This document shows positions 11,078-20,529 of a stretch of 64,000 nucleotides of DNA, piece by piece (position 1 is the stretch's first letter; each line of letters begins with the position of its first letter). The stretch lies in NCBI GenBank assembly GCA_023205875.1, contig CP060761.1:310001-374000 (forward strand). Reading direction: 5' to 3'. Made by a program: the position numbers and the translations under genes. The stretch comes from Chloropicon primus (taxonomy: Eukaryota). Below the pieces are notes generated by a model that worked only from the letters and a program-made list of their open reading frames with translations, made no database searches and had not been told where the DNA came from.

Positions 11078-12322
11078 ATGGCTGCATACTCGACGACCGA
11101 GGAGGCGGCGATCAGGAAGTACAAGGACCTTCCGGACGGCAAGGTGCCTGTGACGGTGCTGACCGGGTTCCTCGGATCCGGGAAGACGACCTTGCTGAAC
11201 CACTTGCTTTCCGAGAACCATGGGTTGAGGTTCGCCATCATCGAGAACGAGTTCGGGGAGGTTGGAATCGATGAGAAGATCCTCGGCGGGGACGACAAGC
11301 TCAAGGAGAACATCGACGAGGAGGTGATCGAGGTGATGAACGGGTGCATCTGCTGCACGGTGAGGGGGGACCTCGTGGAGGCCCTCAAGAGGCTCCACAC
11401 CAAGATCGCCAAGTTCGACGGCGTGATCATCGAGACCACTGGCTTGGCCGACCCGGCGCCGGTCGCGCAGACCTTCCTGATCGACCCGGAGATCGAGAAG
11501 CTGTACGAGCTGGACGCCATCGTCACCGTGGTGGACGCCAAGCACCTCATCCTGAGGCTGGACGACGAGAAACCGGAGGGCGTCGAGAACGAGGCCCAGG
11601 AGCAGCTCGCGTTCGCGGACATCGTCCTGCTGAACAAGGTCGACTTGGTCGAGGAGGAGGAGGAGCTCAAGAAGGTCGAGAAGCGCATCAGGGACATCAA
11701 CCCCAACGCGCCCATCATGAGGACGTCTCACAGCAAGATCGACTGGCACCAGCTCCTCGGGGTGGGGGCCTTCGACATCTCGCGCGTCCTCGAGTTTGAG
11801 CCCGACTTTCTCACCAACGTGGACGCGGAGCACGAGCACGACAACAGCGTCACGAGCTGCTCCGTCAAGTTCGAGGGCGAGCTCCTGACCCAAGCCCTGC
11901 AAGAGTTCATCAGCGAGCTGATCATGACCAAGGGCGCCGACCTCTTCAGGTACAAGGGCGTCTTCGCCTGCAAGGGGATGGAAAGGAAGTTCATCTTCCA
12001 GGGAGTCGGCATGCTCTTCAGCGGAGGCTTCTCTCCGATCCGCTGGGGGGAGAACGAGACGCGCGAGAGCCGCTTCGTCTTCATCGGCCGCAACCTGGAC
12101 ATGAAGGAGCTCCAGGCTCGCGTGATGGCGTGCAAGGTGGAGGAGCAGGTGCTGAGGTTCAAGGTCGGCGACCTCGTGGAGGCGCGCATGGGATCCGGTT
12201 GGGAGCCAGGCAAGGTGATCAAGGTCTGGGACAGTGGCAACCCTTACCGCATCCAGCTCGACGAGGGAACCTGCGTGTGGGGACCCAAGGACGAGGATGT
12301 CTACGTCAGGGCCAGGCAATAA
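11078..12322 (+). CDS. COG0523/CobW (ZNG1-like) G3E GTPase metallochaperone with extra C-terminal beta domain
   Basis: [36 protein letters not shown], CobW_C motifs FRYKG and [11 protein letters not shown]. Confidence 0.93.
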   Translation: MAAYSTTEEAAIRKYKDLPDGKVPVTVLTGFLGSGKTTLLNHLLSENHGLRFAIIENEFGEVGIDEKILGGDDKLKENIDEEVIEVMNGCICCTVRGDLVEALKRLHTKIAKFDGVIIETTGLADPAPVAQTFLIDPEIEKLYELDAIVTVVDAKHLILRLDDEKPEGVENEAQEQLAFADIVLLNKVDLVEEEEELKKVEKRIRDINPNAPIMRTSHSKIDWHQLLGVGAFDISRVLEFEPDFLTNVDAEHEHDNSVTSCSVKFEGELLTQALQEFISELIMTKGADLFRYKGVFACKGMERKFIFQGVGMLFSGGFSPIRWGENETRESRFVFIGRNLDMKELQARVMACKVEEQVLRFKVGDLVEARMGSGWEPGKVIKVWDSGNPYRIQLDEGTCVWGPKDEDVYVRARQ

Positions 12323-12474
12323 AATGTGTTCCCCCTTGAAGGTTTTTTTTTCTTTTACATGTGGTGATGTTACTTTTCGGTTGCTGCACGCACTGGTTTT
12401 ATACGCTCTTGGCTCTCTCTCTCTCTAATGAAATGGAAAACATTCTTGCTGCTGCTGGGCATATTCCTTGTCTC

Positions 12475-13887
12475 CTAGTTGCCAGACGAGAGGACGGTTG
12501 ACACGCTGAACGATCTGCCGGGGCGCCCTGGCTCCTCTTCCTCCTCTTCCTCCTCCTCGCGAGGAGGAGGACGAGAAGGAGGAGTCGTGGTGTCATCTCG
12601 GGGAGAACTTGGTCTCACCACCGCCGCCGCTGCGTCGTCGTCATCGTCGTCGTCGTCCCTCCCTCTCCCTGGTCGTGGCAGTGGATCGGCTCGACCTCCT
12701 GGCAGGGAAGGGAACACGATGCCAACAGTACTGGCAGGGGCCACTCCGATTGGCGGCGCGACGCATGCGTTTGACTCCACATCGCAGACGTTACCTTCAG
12801 GACAGTCAGCGTCGTTCCAGCACGAGCCTGGCGCAAGTTGGCAGGTGAAGCTTGGGACCCAGCCATCAGGAGACGGGACGGTTTCGTAGCCGGGCTTGCA
12901 AATACAAGTGTTCGAGGCGAGGACGCAAATCTGGTTCGCGAACACCGTACCGCACCAAGCGTCATTCAAACAAAAAGGGTGTGGGATTCTCCTGCAGACT
13001 CCCTCGCCGTCGTCCTCGTAGCCATCCTGGCACTTGCACCTGGCGCCAATTTGAATTCCGTTCGACCCGTAAGCCATGTTGAGGTCGCAAACTTGGTTTT
13101 CTCCACAGTCCTGGTCTCCCTTGGGGCACAAGTCTCCCAGCTGCTTCCCACTCCCGCCGTTTGGCTCCGGATCCTCTGGCGAGGAGGGGGATGCAAGGCC
13201 CGCGGCGCCGCCAGCGTATTCGGCGGGCGGGTAGGCGCAGACTCCCGTGGGGGCGCAGATCAGGGGCGCTTCACAATCCTCGCAATCCTTGTAATCGTTG
13301 CAGACGTCGAAATCGCAGAAGCCGGGGATGAGGGTGCAGGACCCCTGGCCGTCGTCCTCGTACTTGTCCTTGCAGACGCACCTGGCGCCAATTTGAATTC
13401 CGTTCGACCCGTAAGCCATGTTGAGGTCGCAAACTTGGTTTTCTCCGCAGTCCTGGTCTCCCTTGGGGCACAAGTCTCCCAGCTGCTTCCCACTCCCGCC
13501 GTTTGGCTCCGGATCCTCTGGCGAGGAGGGGGATGCAAGGCCCGCGGCGCCGCCAGCGTATTCGGCGGGCGGGTAGGCGCAGACTCCCGTGGGGGCGCAG
13601 ATCAGGGGCGCTTCACAATCCTCGCAATCCTTGTAATCGTTGCAGACGTCGAAATCGCAGAAGCCGGGGATGAGGGTGCAGGACCCCTGGCCGTTGTCCT
13701 CGTACTTGTCCTTGCAGACGCACCTGGCGCCAATTTGAATTCCGTTCGACCCGTAAGCCATGTTGAGGTCGCAAACTTGGTTTTCTCCGCAGTCCTCGTC
13801 CCCCTTGGGGCACAAGTCTCCCAAGGACGCCGAGGCCTCAACAGCCATGCACATGACGAGGAGGGCTGCCAAGGTTGCCCTCATCAT
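12475..13887 (-). CDS. Secreted Cys-rich repeat (EGF/EB-like) protein
   Basis: Signal peptide MMRATLAALLVMCMAVEASA; 114-aa Cys-rich repeats; Pro/acidic tail. Confidence 0.75.
   Translation of the reverse strand: MMRATLAALLVMCMAVEASASLGDLCPKGDEDCGENQVCDLNMAYGSNGIQIGARCVCKDKYEDNGQGSCTLIPGFCDFDVCNDYKDCEDCEAPLICAPTGVCAYPPAEYAGGAAGLASPSSPEDPEPNGGSGKQLGDLCPKGDQDCGENQVCDLNMAYGSNGIQIGARCVCKDKYEDDGQGSCTLIPGFCDFDVCNDYKDCEDCEAPLICAPTGVCAYPPAEYAGGAAGLASPSSPEDPEPNGGSGKQLGDLCPKGDQDCGENQVCDLNMAYGSNGIQIGARCKCQDGYEDDGEGVCRRIPHPFCLNDAWCGTVFANQICVLASNTCICKPGYETVPSPDGWVPSFTCQLAPGSCWNDADCPEGNVCDVESNACVAPPIGVAPASTVGIVFPSLPGGRADPLPRPGRGRDDDDDDDDAAAAVVRPSSPRDDTTTPPSRPPPREEEEEEEEEPGRPGRSFSVSTVLSSGN
13007..13824. repeat. 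Intragenic 342-bp tandem repeat (~2.4 copies)
   Basis: LGDLCPKGD...CAYPPAEY unit repeated with 342-bp period and only a few substitutions. Confidence 0.93.
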
Positions 13888-14391
13888 CGTGTAACGGTCG
13901 GTGCCGTGAGGTGGATTGGATTGATGCTCCGCGCTTTGGGGTGTGGTGTGGGGAGGGGGCGCGTGTGTGTGTGGTCGCGCTCGACTCCGGGATGCCGGGG
14001 ATGTCCGTCTCCTTCCTTCGGGGCGGCAAGGGTCGACGTTGGTGATGCCAAAAGTGCGATGTGCGATGCCCCACACAAACAAGGGAAAAAGTGGGTTTTG
14101 GCTGATTTTGACTGAAAAATCAGGAGGCTGTAGCAGCATCAAATTTGTCTCCGCACAGCTGGAGATAACGGCTCTCATGGCGGCGCTCATGGGGGGAGAA
14201 GAGAAAGAGAATCATGGACTGATCGAGGTCCCCCTTTATACTTTTTATTAATCTATTGTACAGATCGACCGCATTGTCTCTTGCTCTTTCGAAAGAGTCC
14301 TTGCTCGAAAGATTTGGACGTCATCTATCTGAGGGGGAGGAGGCCGAGGAGACGAGAGTTTTGTGAACTGCTCCCTCTCAAAGTTTGGGAC

Positions 14392-16072
14392 TCATACATA
14401 CTTTCCGATCTCGATCTTCTTCCTGATCAGCTTGGTAGCTTGGTAGAACAAGGCATCTACGAGCCCGCTGATTGTGAAGACTCCGCCGACTATGGCGCAG
14501 ACGTTCGTCACGAAGTGCAGAAAAAGCTTCCTTTGCTCTGCTTTCTTGACTTTGATCGGGCTCAGGTCGTAGTAGAAGAACAGGCCTGGGAGATCGCTGC
14601 TGGTTGCGAAGTTGGTCTGCGTGGCGTGCTCCGTGACCGAGAACTGGTTCGTGCTGATCTCCTTCTCGTCCAAGTCTACGTACAAGGTCGGCACGACTTT
14701 CAGAAAGTACTTGTAGGCCAAGCCGAACCCTTCGCTCGCCATCGACACCCCGTCCAACGGGTTGTTGGAGCCAGGGTAGTCGTGGCCGAACGACAGCGTG
14801 TTCACCGTGTGAGATGTGTTGAACTTGTAGGCCAAGCCGAACCCTTCGCTCGCCATCGACACCCCGTCCAACGGGTTGTTGGAGCCAGGGTAGTCGTGGC
14901 CGAACGACAGCGTGTTCACCGTGTGAGATGTGTTGAACCCTTTGGTTGAACAAACGAACGAGCGAACGAGCGAGTCAGCAAAGGTGGTGGGGTCCGATCA
15001 ACAAACCGACTCAAACTCACTTATGTTTTCTCCGAAAGGGATGAGATCGTGCATGTGCATCCTCCCTTGCTGAAAGGACCTGCCGGGGGCGATGTGAAAG
15101 TTGCCAGCGACCTTGTTGACTTGAAGCTGGCCGTGGATGTGGCACCCCTCGTTCATCTGCTCCTTCAAGCTATCGAGGTACTCGTCGTGCTCGCACTGCT
15201 TCACGTTCGTGCTCTGGCCCAACGCCCAGCCCTTTTTCCGGTACGCTTCCCTCACAGCATCGCAGGTGTTGCAGCACTGCCCCGGCTTCTCCTCCGCGCC
15301 GTAGCAGCTCAGGCACTCCTCCTTGACCTCCACCGTGCTGTTGGCCGACGCCTCGGCCGGGTGCGGTTTCACTTCGGGACCCACCTGCAGGCGAGAGCGA
15401 GACCAAAGGGTCAGACAAACCTTGAGAGGGACGGAAACTCATGCCGGAGACTGACTGACTCACCTTGCTCTTTCGAGGATTCACTCTGATCCTGTTCCCG
15501 TCCAAGTCGATCCTCTGCTTGAGTATCTCGTGGTCGTCCACGTGCAGGTGGTAGTCCCCGCTGACGTCCATCACGTCGATACTGATGTGAGAGCAACCCA
15601 TACGATGCAGGGTGATGTCCAAGTTGATCTGCATCTGCTCGCCCCGTGATCTATCGACGCTGAGCTCGTTCACAACCTGCAGAGGGGAGGCAATGGGGCA
15701 ATCAGCCAGCAGGGGTCAGGAAAACGATGCCCAAAACTTTTGGTAAGAGGTTGCCCTTGAAACTCTGCCCTTACCTGGATGGTCTTGAAGTCAACCGCTT
15801 CCGAAATGAACAGAATGATCATGAAGATGCTCGATATGATTGTGATCACTCCGCCGGATAGAGTTCGCGTGAAGAAGTCCTCGTTCACCTGCGTGCGTGT
15901 GTGTGTGTGTGTGTGTGTGTGAGTAAGTGTCAGCACCAAGATCTTTCAGTGAAGCAGAAACCAAAACACAAGGGAGCCTAGCCTTGCGGAAAGTCGTCCA
16001 GCGTACCTTTGGGTAAGCATCGAGCCTCTTCAAGGTCTTGAGGACATTGCTCGGCATCCACGACCCCTCCAT
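14392..16072 (-). CDS. ERGIC3: ER-Golgi intermediate compartment protein 3 / Erv46; exons 16072-16007, 15888-15775, 15676-15464, 15384-15021, 14939-14392
   Basis: LDAYPKVNEDF..RTLSGG, CLSCYGAE..CCNTC, NKVAGNFHIAPG, YFLKVVPT, PGLFFYYDLSPI, CAIVGGVF, C-terminal KKIEIGK; four GT-AG introns keep the frame. Confidence 0.92.
14709..14938. repeat. Exact 114-bp tandem duplication inside the last ERGIC3 exon
   Basis: 14711-14824 is identical to 14825-14938. Confidence 0.97.
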
Positions 16073-16565
16073 TCTCCCTCTCTGTTTACCCCCTCACCCC
16101 CTCCTCTGTCTCCTCCCTGTCCGAGGTCCACAACAGACAAAGGCCAGAGAGTTTCGCGTCTTGCTCGTCACTCGGGACGCCGAACAAAGTCAAGCGAGAG
16201 CTCTACGGAAAGGTCTCAAGACGTTCTATCGTTTGATCAAGCCACCTCGTTGCCTGTCCTTCCGTCCCGATCAAAACCACCACCGGTGTGGGTGTGGTTC
16301 ACTCCCCCTCGGCCACCTTGAGCTATAAGATCCTAATCATTTTGAAACCAGTTGTGCCAGGCCAAGGCCAAGGTGGACTCCGCAAGGTGGACTCCGAGAA
16401 CGTTTCAGAGGACGGGGACGGGAACTCTCCGGTTTGAGGGGATCAGGACGAAACTGCGTCTCGCGGGCTTTCGATAGACTGTTTGCTCGACCGGTTTGGC
16501 GCCCGAAGTCGTCCCTGTTCCAGGTCCAGGCCAAGGTGGACTCTGGAGGGGATACTGGGGGTGGT

Positions 16566-17162
16566 ATGGCGTCCACCAGTGGCAGGGGTTTGGACGACCT
16601 CGCGAAGCAGTGGCTTTGGGACGAGGGTGGTGGGGCAGGGCACATAGACGAGCTCACGGCGACGATAGACTACCAGCTGGGAAGCTTGGGTGAGGAGATA
16701 CGGCGAGGGAAGGCCAAGGCCAAGGAAAGGACTCGGGAGAGGGAGGAGAGGGCGTTGGAGAGGAAGCGGGTGGTGGGAGGTGCAGCGGTTCGGGGAGTCG
16801 ACGACGAGGGTGGCTCGGACGAGGAGAAGATGGTGAGGAGGATGGTGGCGCGGGCCTTGGTCAGGTCGGAGAACACGGCCAAGGCCGAGAGGAGAAACCA
16901 GGAGCTGAGGCTGCTGGACAGGAGAGACGTCAGCACGGTGGTGTCGAACAAAGTCGAGGTCCTTCTGGCCAGCTGCTCGCAATACGTGGAGTCCGTGGAC
17001 GACACTTGCTGCATCTGCTTGGACGAGTTGAAGGGCGGCGTCCTGAGGCTGAACCGGTGCAAGCACCAGTTCCACTTCCTATGCATATTAAAGTGGCTGG
17101 AGCTCAAGCAGACGTCCAAGTGTCCTCTGTGCAAGACGGACATCGGGGTCGTCGCCGAGTGA
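16566..17162 (+). CDS. RING-H2 zinc finger protein (putative E3 ubiquitin ligase)
   Basis: CCICLDEL..CKHQFHFLCILKWL..CPLCK; first in-frame ATG at 16566. Confidence 0.85.
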   Translation: MASTSGRGLDDLAKQWLWDEGGGAGHIDELTATIDYQLGSLGEEIRRGKAKAKERTREREERALERKRVVGGAAVRGVDDEGGSDEEKMVRRMVARALVRSENTAKAERRNQELRLLDRRDVSTVVSNKVEVLLASCSQYVESVDDTCCICLDELKGGVLRLNRCKHQFHFLCILKWLELKQTSKCPLCKTDIGVVAE

Positions 17163-17289
17163 CTCCCCCCCCCATGCGCTGCTGTCGCATTCTTGTATTC
17201 ATTGATTCATTAAACCGTGTGTATTCATATTTTCTTGACTATTCTTTCCCCTCTTACTCTTCTTCCTTGGTGATGGATAAAATATTTTT

Positions 17290-19833
17290 TCAACGGAGCT
17301 GGTTCGCCGACAGAGGCTGCCTCGTCGACTTCTTGGAGATGCTCACGCTCTTGGTACCCGGGTTCTCTTGAGTCGGGAAGAGGGACTGGGCGGTCCTGTT
17401 CATCGCCGGCTGGGAGAGGGTGGAGTGGATGGCCGCAAACTTCGTCTGAAGCCTCTTGACCTGCTCCAGCTCGGAGTCGAGGTGCTGCTGTCTGTGCTCC
17501 AAGTGGGACCTGACCGAGGCCACGTCAAAGATTCCATCGAGGTCCTCCGCGTAGCACCTCTCCAGCTCCTCCCTCAAGATGGCCGGGAAGTCGTCGATCA
17601 AAGGCATGAGGAAAAAGCAGTTGAACTTGAGCTCCATGGACTGGACGTAAAAGTCCCTGATGCCCTCAAAAATCCTGCAGACCAGAGCGGCCACGACATC
17701 CTCGCTGATGCTGCCGAGCCTCCTCGTCCACAGCGTCCCCTCGAGGAGGTCCACGAGCTGCTCCTGGGGGCTCACCTCCGCCGTGGAGGACGCCTCCTTC
17801 TGCTGGTCTCTCCTGTCCTTCGATCCCCCGACAGCGGCGGCGGCGCTCTCGCTGGAGGTGCTCACCTGCTGGAACACGGACCTAAGCCCCGCCCTGTTCT
17901 TGTTGTGCAAGGACCACGTCACGTACCTGGTGGTGGACTTGAGGTCGTCGAGGCACTTCTGGATGCAGTCCTTCTCGCACTGCTCGATGAAAGAGTAGTA
18001 GATCGATCCGACCCTCTTGAGGAAGAGGTCGTGGCCGTTCAGGAACTCCCCGTCCCTCTGCAGGAGGTGCATGCCGATCGGGAGCATCCTCCTGGCGATG
18101 TGCGCCATTCTGAACCCAAGCTGGTACAGGTAAGGCTCGAAGACCTCCTTGGCCTTCGAGATCGCAATGACGCAGGCGGTCCTGGTGTAGTTCACCCCGT
18201 CATGGACGTCGTCCACGCCGCAGGAGTTCACGATCTCCTCCCTGCTGATGTCGCTGCAGGCCATCTGACCCACCACGTGCCTGAACTCGGCCATGGCCCT
18301 GTGGTACTGGGCCCCTCCGTAAAGCCTCATGTGCTTGTTGGCCAGGTTGGAGTAGTGCGGGAGAGGCTGGCCGTCGACGTCCAGGAAGGCACCGCCTCTG
18401 ATGTGCTCGTCCGCCAGGGTCTCCCCAAAGCGCTCAGGAGAAGCGGAGATGGTCCCCTTCATCAGCGTGTGGATCTTCGCCAAGAACCTCTCCCTGAAGT
18501 GCCTTCCCCTCTCCTTCAAGCGGTCCTCCTGAAGGTTGTTGAGCTCCGCGACGGTGTCGTCGAGCTTCTGGGCCGCGCCCCTGTGCTCCCTCTCCAGCAA
18601 CGGCACGATGCTCGGGACGTTCTCGAAGTACTTCTGCTGCAGGAGCTGCTCCAAGAACCTCCTGAGCTGGCTCACGCCGACCCTGCTCCTCTCGTTCCCG
18701 CTGTCGAGCTTCCTTCCCAGCTTCTTCTCGAGCTGGTGCACGTCGTTCGCCTCCCTGGAGGCGACGGCCTCCCTGAAGTGGTCGTTCGATCTGAAGACGG
18801 CGTCCCTCGAGATGCCGACCCTGCCGCTGGGCACGGAGGTGTAGAAGGGGGACCCCCCGAGAATGGTGCTCTCAAGCAGCTTGGAGGGCGGCCTGAGGAA
18901 GAGCTCCACGTCGGCCCCCCTGGCGAACTGGGGGATCCTCGTGTCGAGCTTCGTGGACACGATCACGGTCCTCTCGAGCATGGGGTCCACCTGCATCACG
19001 AACTTCCTCGTGGTCGCGTTCCCCCAGTCGGCCGTGTCCTCCAAGCAAAGCACGATGTACTCCCTCTGCTCCATCTTGGACCTCACCAGGGCCTCCACCT
19101 GCCTCTGCGCCTGCTGCTGGGAGGAGTTCCTCCTCCCCGGAGCCGCGCTGATCAGGCCAGGCGTGTCGATGATCGTCAGGTTAGGGCAGTACTTGTACTC
19201 GATCCTCACCACGATCTCCTTGGCCCAAAACTTGTCGTGCTCCGCCTCCAGCCGCCTGTTCTCGCTCTCGATGTACTCCTGGAGCTCCTCCAGGGTCACC
19301 TCCGTCTCCACCGCGCCCTCCATGATCAAGAAGCAGTGGGGCTCCACGCAAGTCGAGTTGTACTTCATGTGAAGGGTGATGGGCCTCCTGGTCTTCGTCC
19401 CACCGCCCACGTGGTTGAACTGGAAGCCCATCAGCGCCTCCACCAGGGCAGACTTCCCGTCCGTCTGGTGGCCCACGACCAAAATCGCTGGAGCATCGAA
19501 AGGCTTGCGAAAGTCCTGAGCCAAAGAGTGAAGCTCGTTGTACGCCTCGTACAACCTCTCGTTCCCGCTGCGCAAGAAAGAGTTGTTGTTGTTCATCATC
19601 GAGGACCCGTTCGCTCTCACGCCGTTGCTCCTGTCCGCGCTGCCGAAGGCCGAAGGCGTCTGTCTCCCCTGGTCCACCTCCACAAAGTCAAGAGAAGCGG
19701 CGACGTTCCTGTTCCTCTCCGCGCTTCCAAACTCCCCGTTCGTAGGCTGTTGTTGTTGTTGCTCCGGCGTCGTCTCCGTCGAAGCAGCACCGCTCAAGCT
19801 CTTCAACCAACTCTCCGTGGACGAGATCGTCAT
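17290..19833 (-). CDS. ARC5: Dynamin-related protein ARC5/DRP5B (plastid division)
   Basis: LYEAYNELH, VVGHQTDGKSALVEALMGFQFNHVGGGTKTRRPITLHM, DTPGLI, TKLD, LYGGAQYHRAMAEF, TTRYVTWSLHNKNRAGLR. Confidence 0.93.
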   Translation of the reverse strand: MTISSTESWLKSLSGAASTETTPEQQQQQPTNGEFGSAERNRNVAASLDFVEVDQGRQTPSAFGSADRSNGVRANGSSMMNNNNSFLRSGNERLYEAYNELHSLAQDFRKPFDAPAILVVGHQTDGKSALVEALMGFQFNHVGGGTKTRRPITLHMKYNSTCVEPHCFLIMEGAVETEVTLEELQEYIESENRRLEAEHDKFWAKEIVVRIEYKYCPNLTIIDTPGLISAAPGRRNSSQQQAQRQVEALVRSKMEQREYIVLCLEDTADWGNATTRKFVMQVDPMLERTVIVSTKLDTRIPQFARGADVELFLRPPSKLLESTILGGSPFYTSVPSGRVGISRDAVFRSNDHFREAVASREANDVHQLEKKLGRKLDSGNERSRVGVSQLRRFLEQLLQQKYFENVPSIVPLLEREHRGAAQKLDDTVAELNNLQEDRLKERGRHFRERFLAKIHTLMKGTISASPERFGETLADEHIRGGAFLDVDGQPLPHYSNLANKHMRLYGGAQYHRAMAEFRHVVGQMACSDISREEIVNSCGVDDVHDGVNYTRTACVIAISKAKEVFEPYLYQLGFRMAHIARRMLPIGMHLLQRDGEFLNGHDLFLKRVGSIYYSFIEQCEKDCIQKCLDDLKSTTRYVTWSLHNKNRAGLRSVFQQVSTSSESAAAAVGGSKDRRDQQKEASSTAEVSPQEQLVDLLEGTLWTRRLGSISEDVVAALVCRIFEGIRDFYVQSMELKFNCFFLMPLIDDFPAILREELERCYAEDLDGIFDVASVRSHLEHRQQHLDSELEQVKRLQTKFAAIHSTLSQPAMNRTAQSLFPTQENPGTKSVSISKKSTRQPLSANQLR

Positions 19834-19953
19834 CCTCGTCCGAAAGTCGTTCTTCAACCCCCCTTGCTTCCGTCTTGACCGCCGCCGTGCGTCAACTTCT
19901 GTCGCTCCTCTCCTCTCTCTCCTCGTCCGCTCTCTCTCTCCCTGATCTCCGAT

Positions 19954-20265
19954 TTGGCGCGAAAAAACCTTTCGAATTTTTTGGCGGGAAGAAGATGGCG
20001 GGAAGAGGGGAAAGAAGCCGTGCAGGAGGCCCAGCGTTATGACAGCAAGTCCCCGGAGAAGAAGAGGAAGATCGCGGACTACAACGAGGCGTGGAGGATC
20101 ATCTTTGCGGACGCATCTCTTATGCTGAGCGACAAGGAACAATGTATTGTGAAGAGAGAGTACCTGGAAGAGGTCGGGCTCTGCAAGGCTCCTCGTCCTC
20201 CGTCGTCGAAGAGAACACGAAGCAAGATGGCCCCTTCCATTGTCAAGGTCAAGCAGGAAGAGTGA
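19954..20265 (+). CDS. Small coding-like ORF of unknown function; start unclear (possible frameshift or gene fragment)
   Basis: Coding-like codon usage (..KKRKIADYNEAWRIIFAD..EYLEEVGLC..VKVKQEE); nearest upstream ATG (19995) is one base out of frame. Confidence 0.3.
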   Translation: MARKNLSNFLAGRRWREEGKEAVQEAQRYDSKSPEKKRKIADYNEAWRIIFADASLMLSDKEQCIVKREYLEEVGLCKAPRPPSSKRTRSKMAPSIVKVKQEE

Positions 20266-20418
20266 AGAGGGAGAGTTTAGGGTAGAGCAAGCAAGCTGTA
20301 TAAGCAAAATGTAGTTACAAATGTCATCGCTCTTCAGTGTCTTTGCCCTGACAAGTCTTTTCTCATCATCCTCATCCTCATCGACGCGTACGTTACAAAG
20401 CAAGCAATCGGAATTCAA

Positions 20419-20497
20419 TTCATTTCTTGCCCCATCGAAAGCAGTGGAGAGCAAGCAAGAGTCCTTCCTTGTATCGTAGTTTCTCTGGCCCCTTCCC
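20419..20497. repeat. Dispersed repeat family B, single copy
   Basis: CCCATCGAAAGCAGTGGAGAGCAAGCAAGAGTCCTTCCTTGTATCGTAGTTTCTCTGGCCCCTTCC also occurs twice at 37012-37189. Confidence 0.9.
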
Positions 20498-20529
20498 CCC
20501 CCCCCCCACCCCACAACCCTCTCTCTCTC

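Noticed and set aside
17368..19878. 836-aa plus-strand ORF
   Set aside because: Antisense shadow of ARC5 caused by GC3-biased codons; no recognisable motifs.
19834..20514. N-terminal extension of the ARC5 ORF shown in the ORF track
   Set aside because: Non-ATG start, runs through repeat B and UTR-like sequence; the likely start is ATG 19833.
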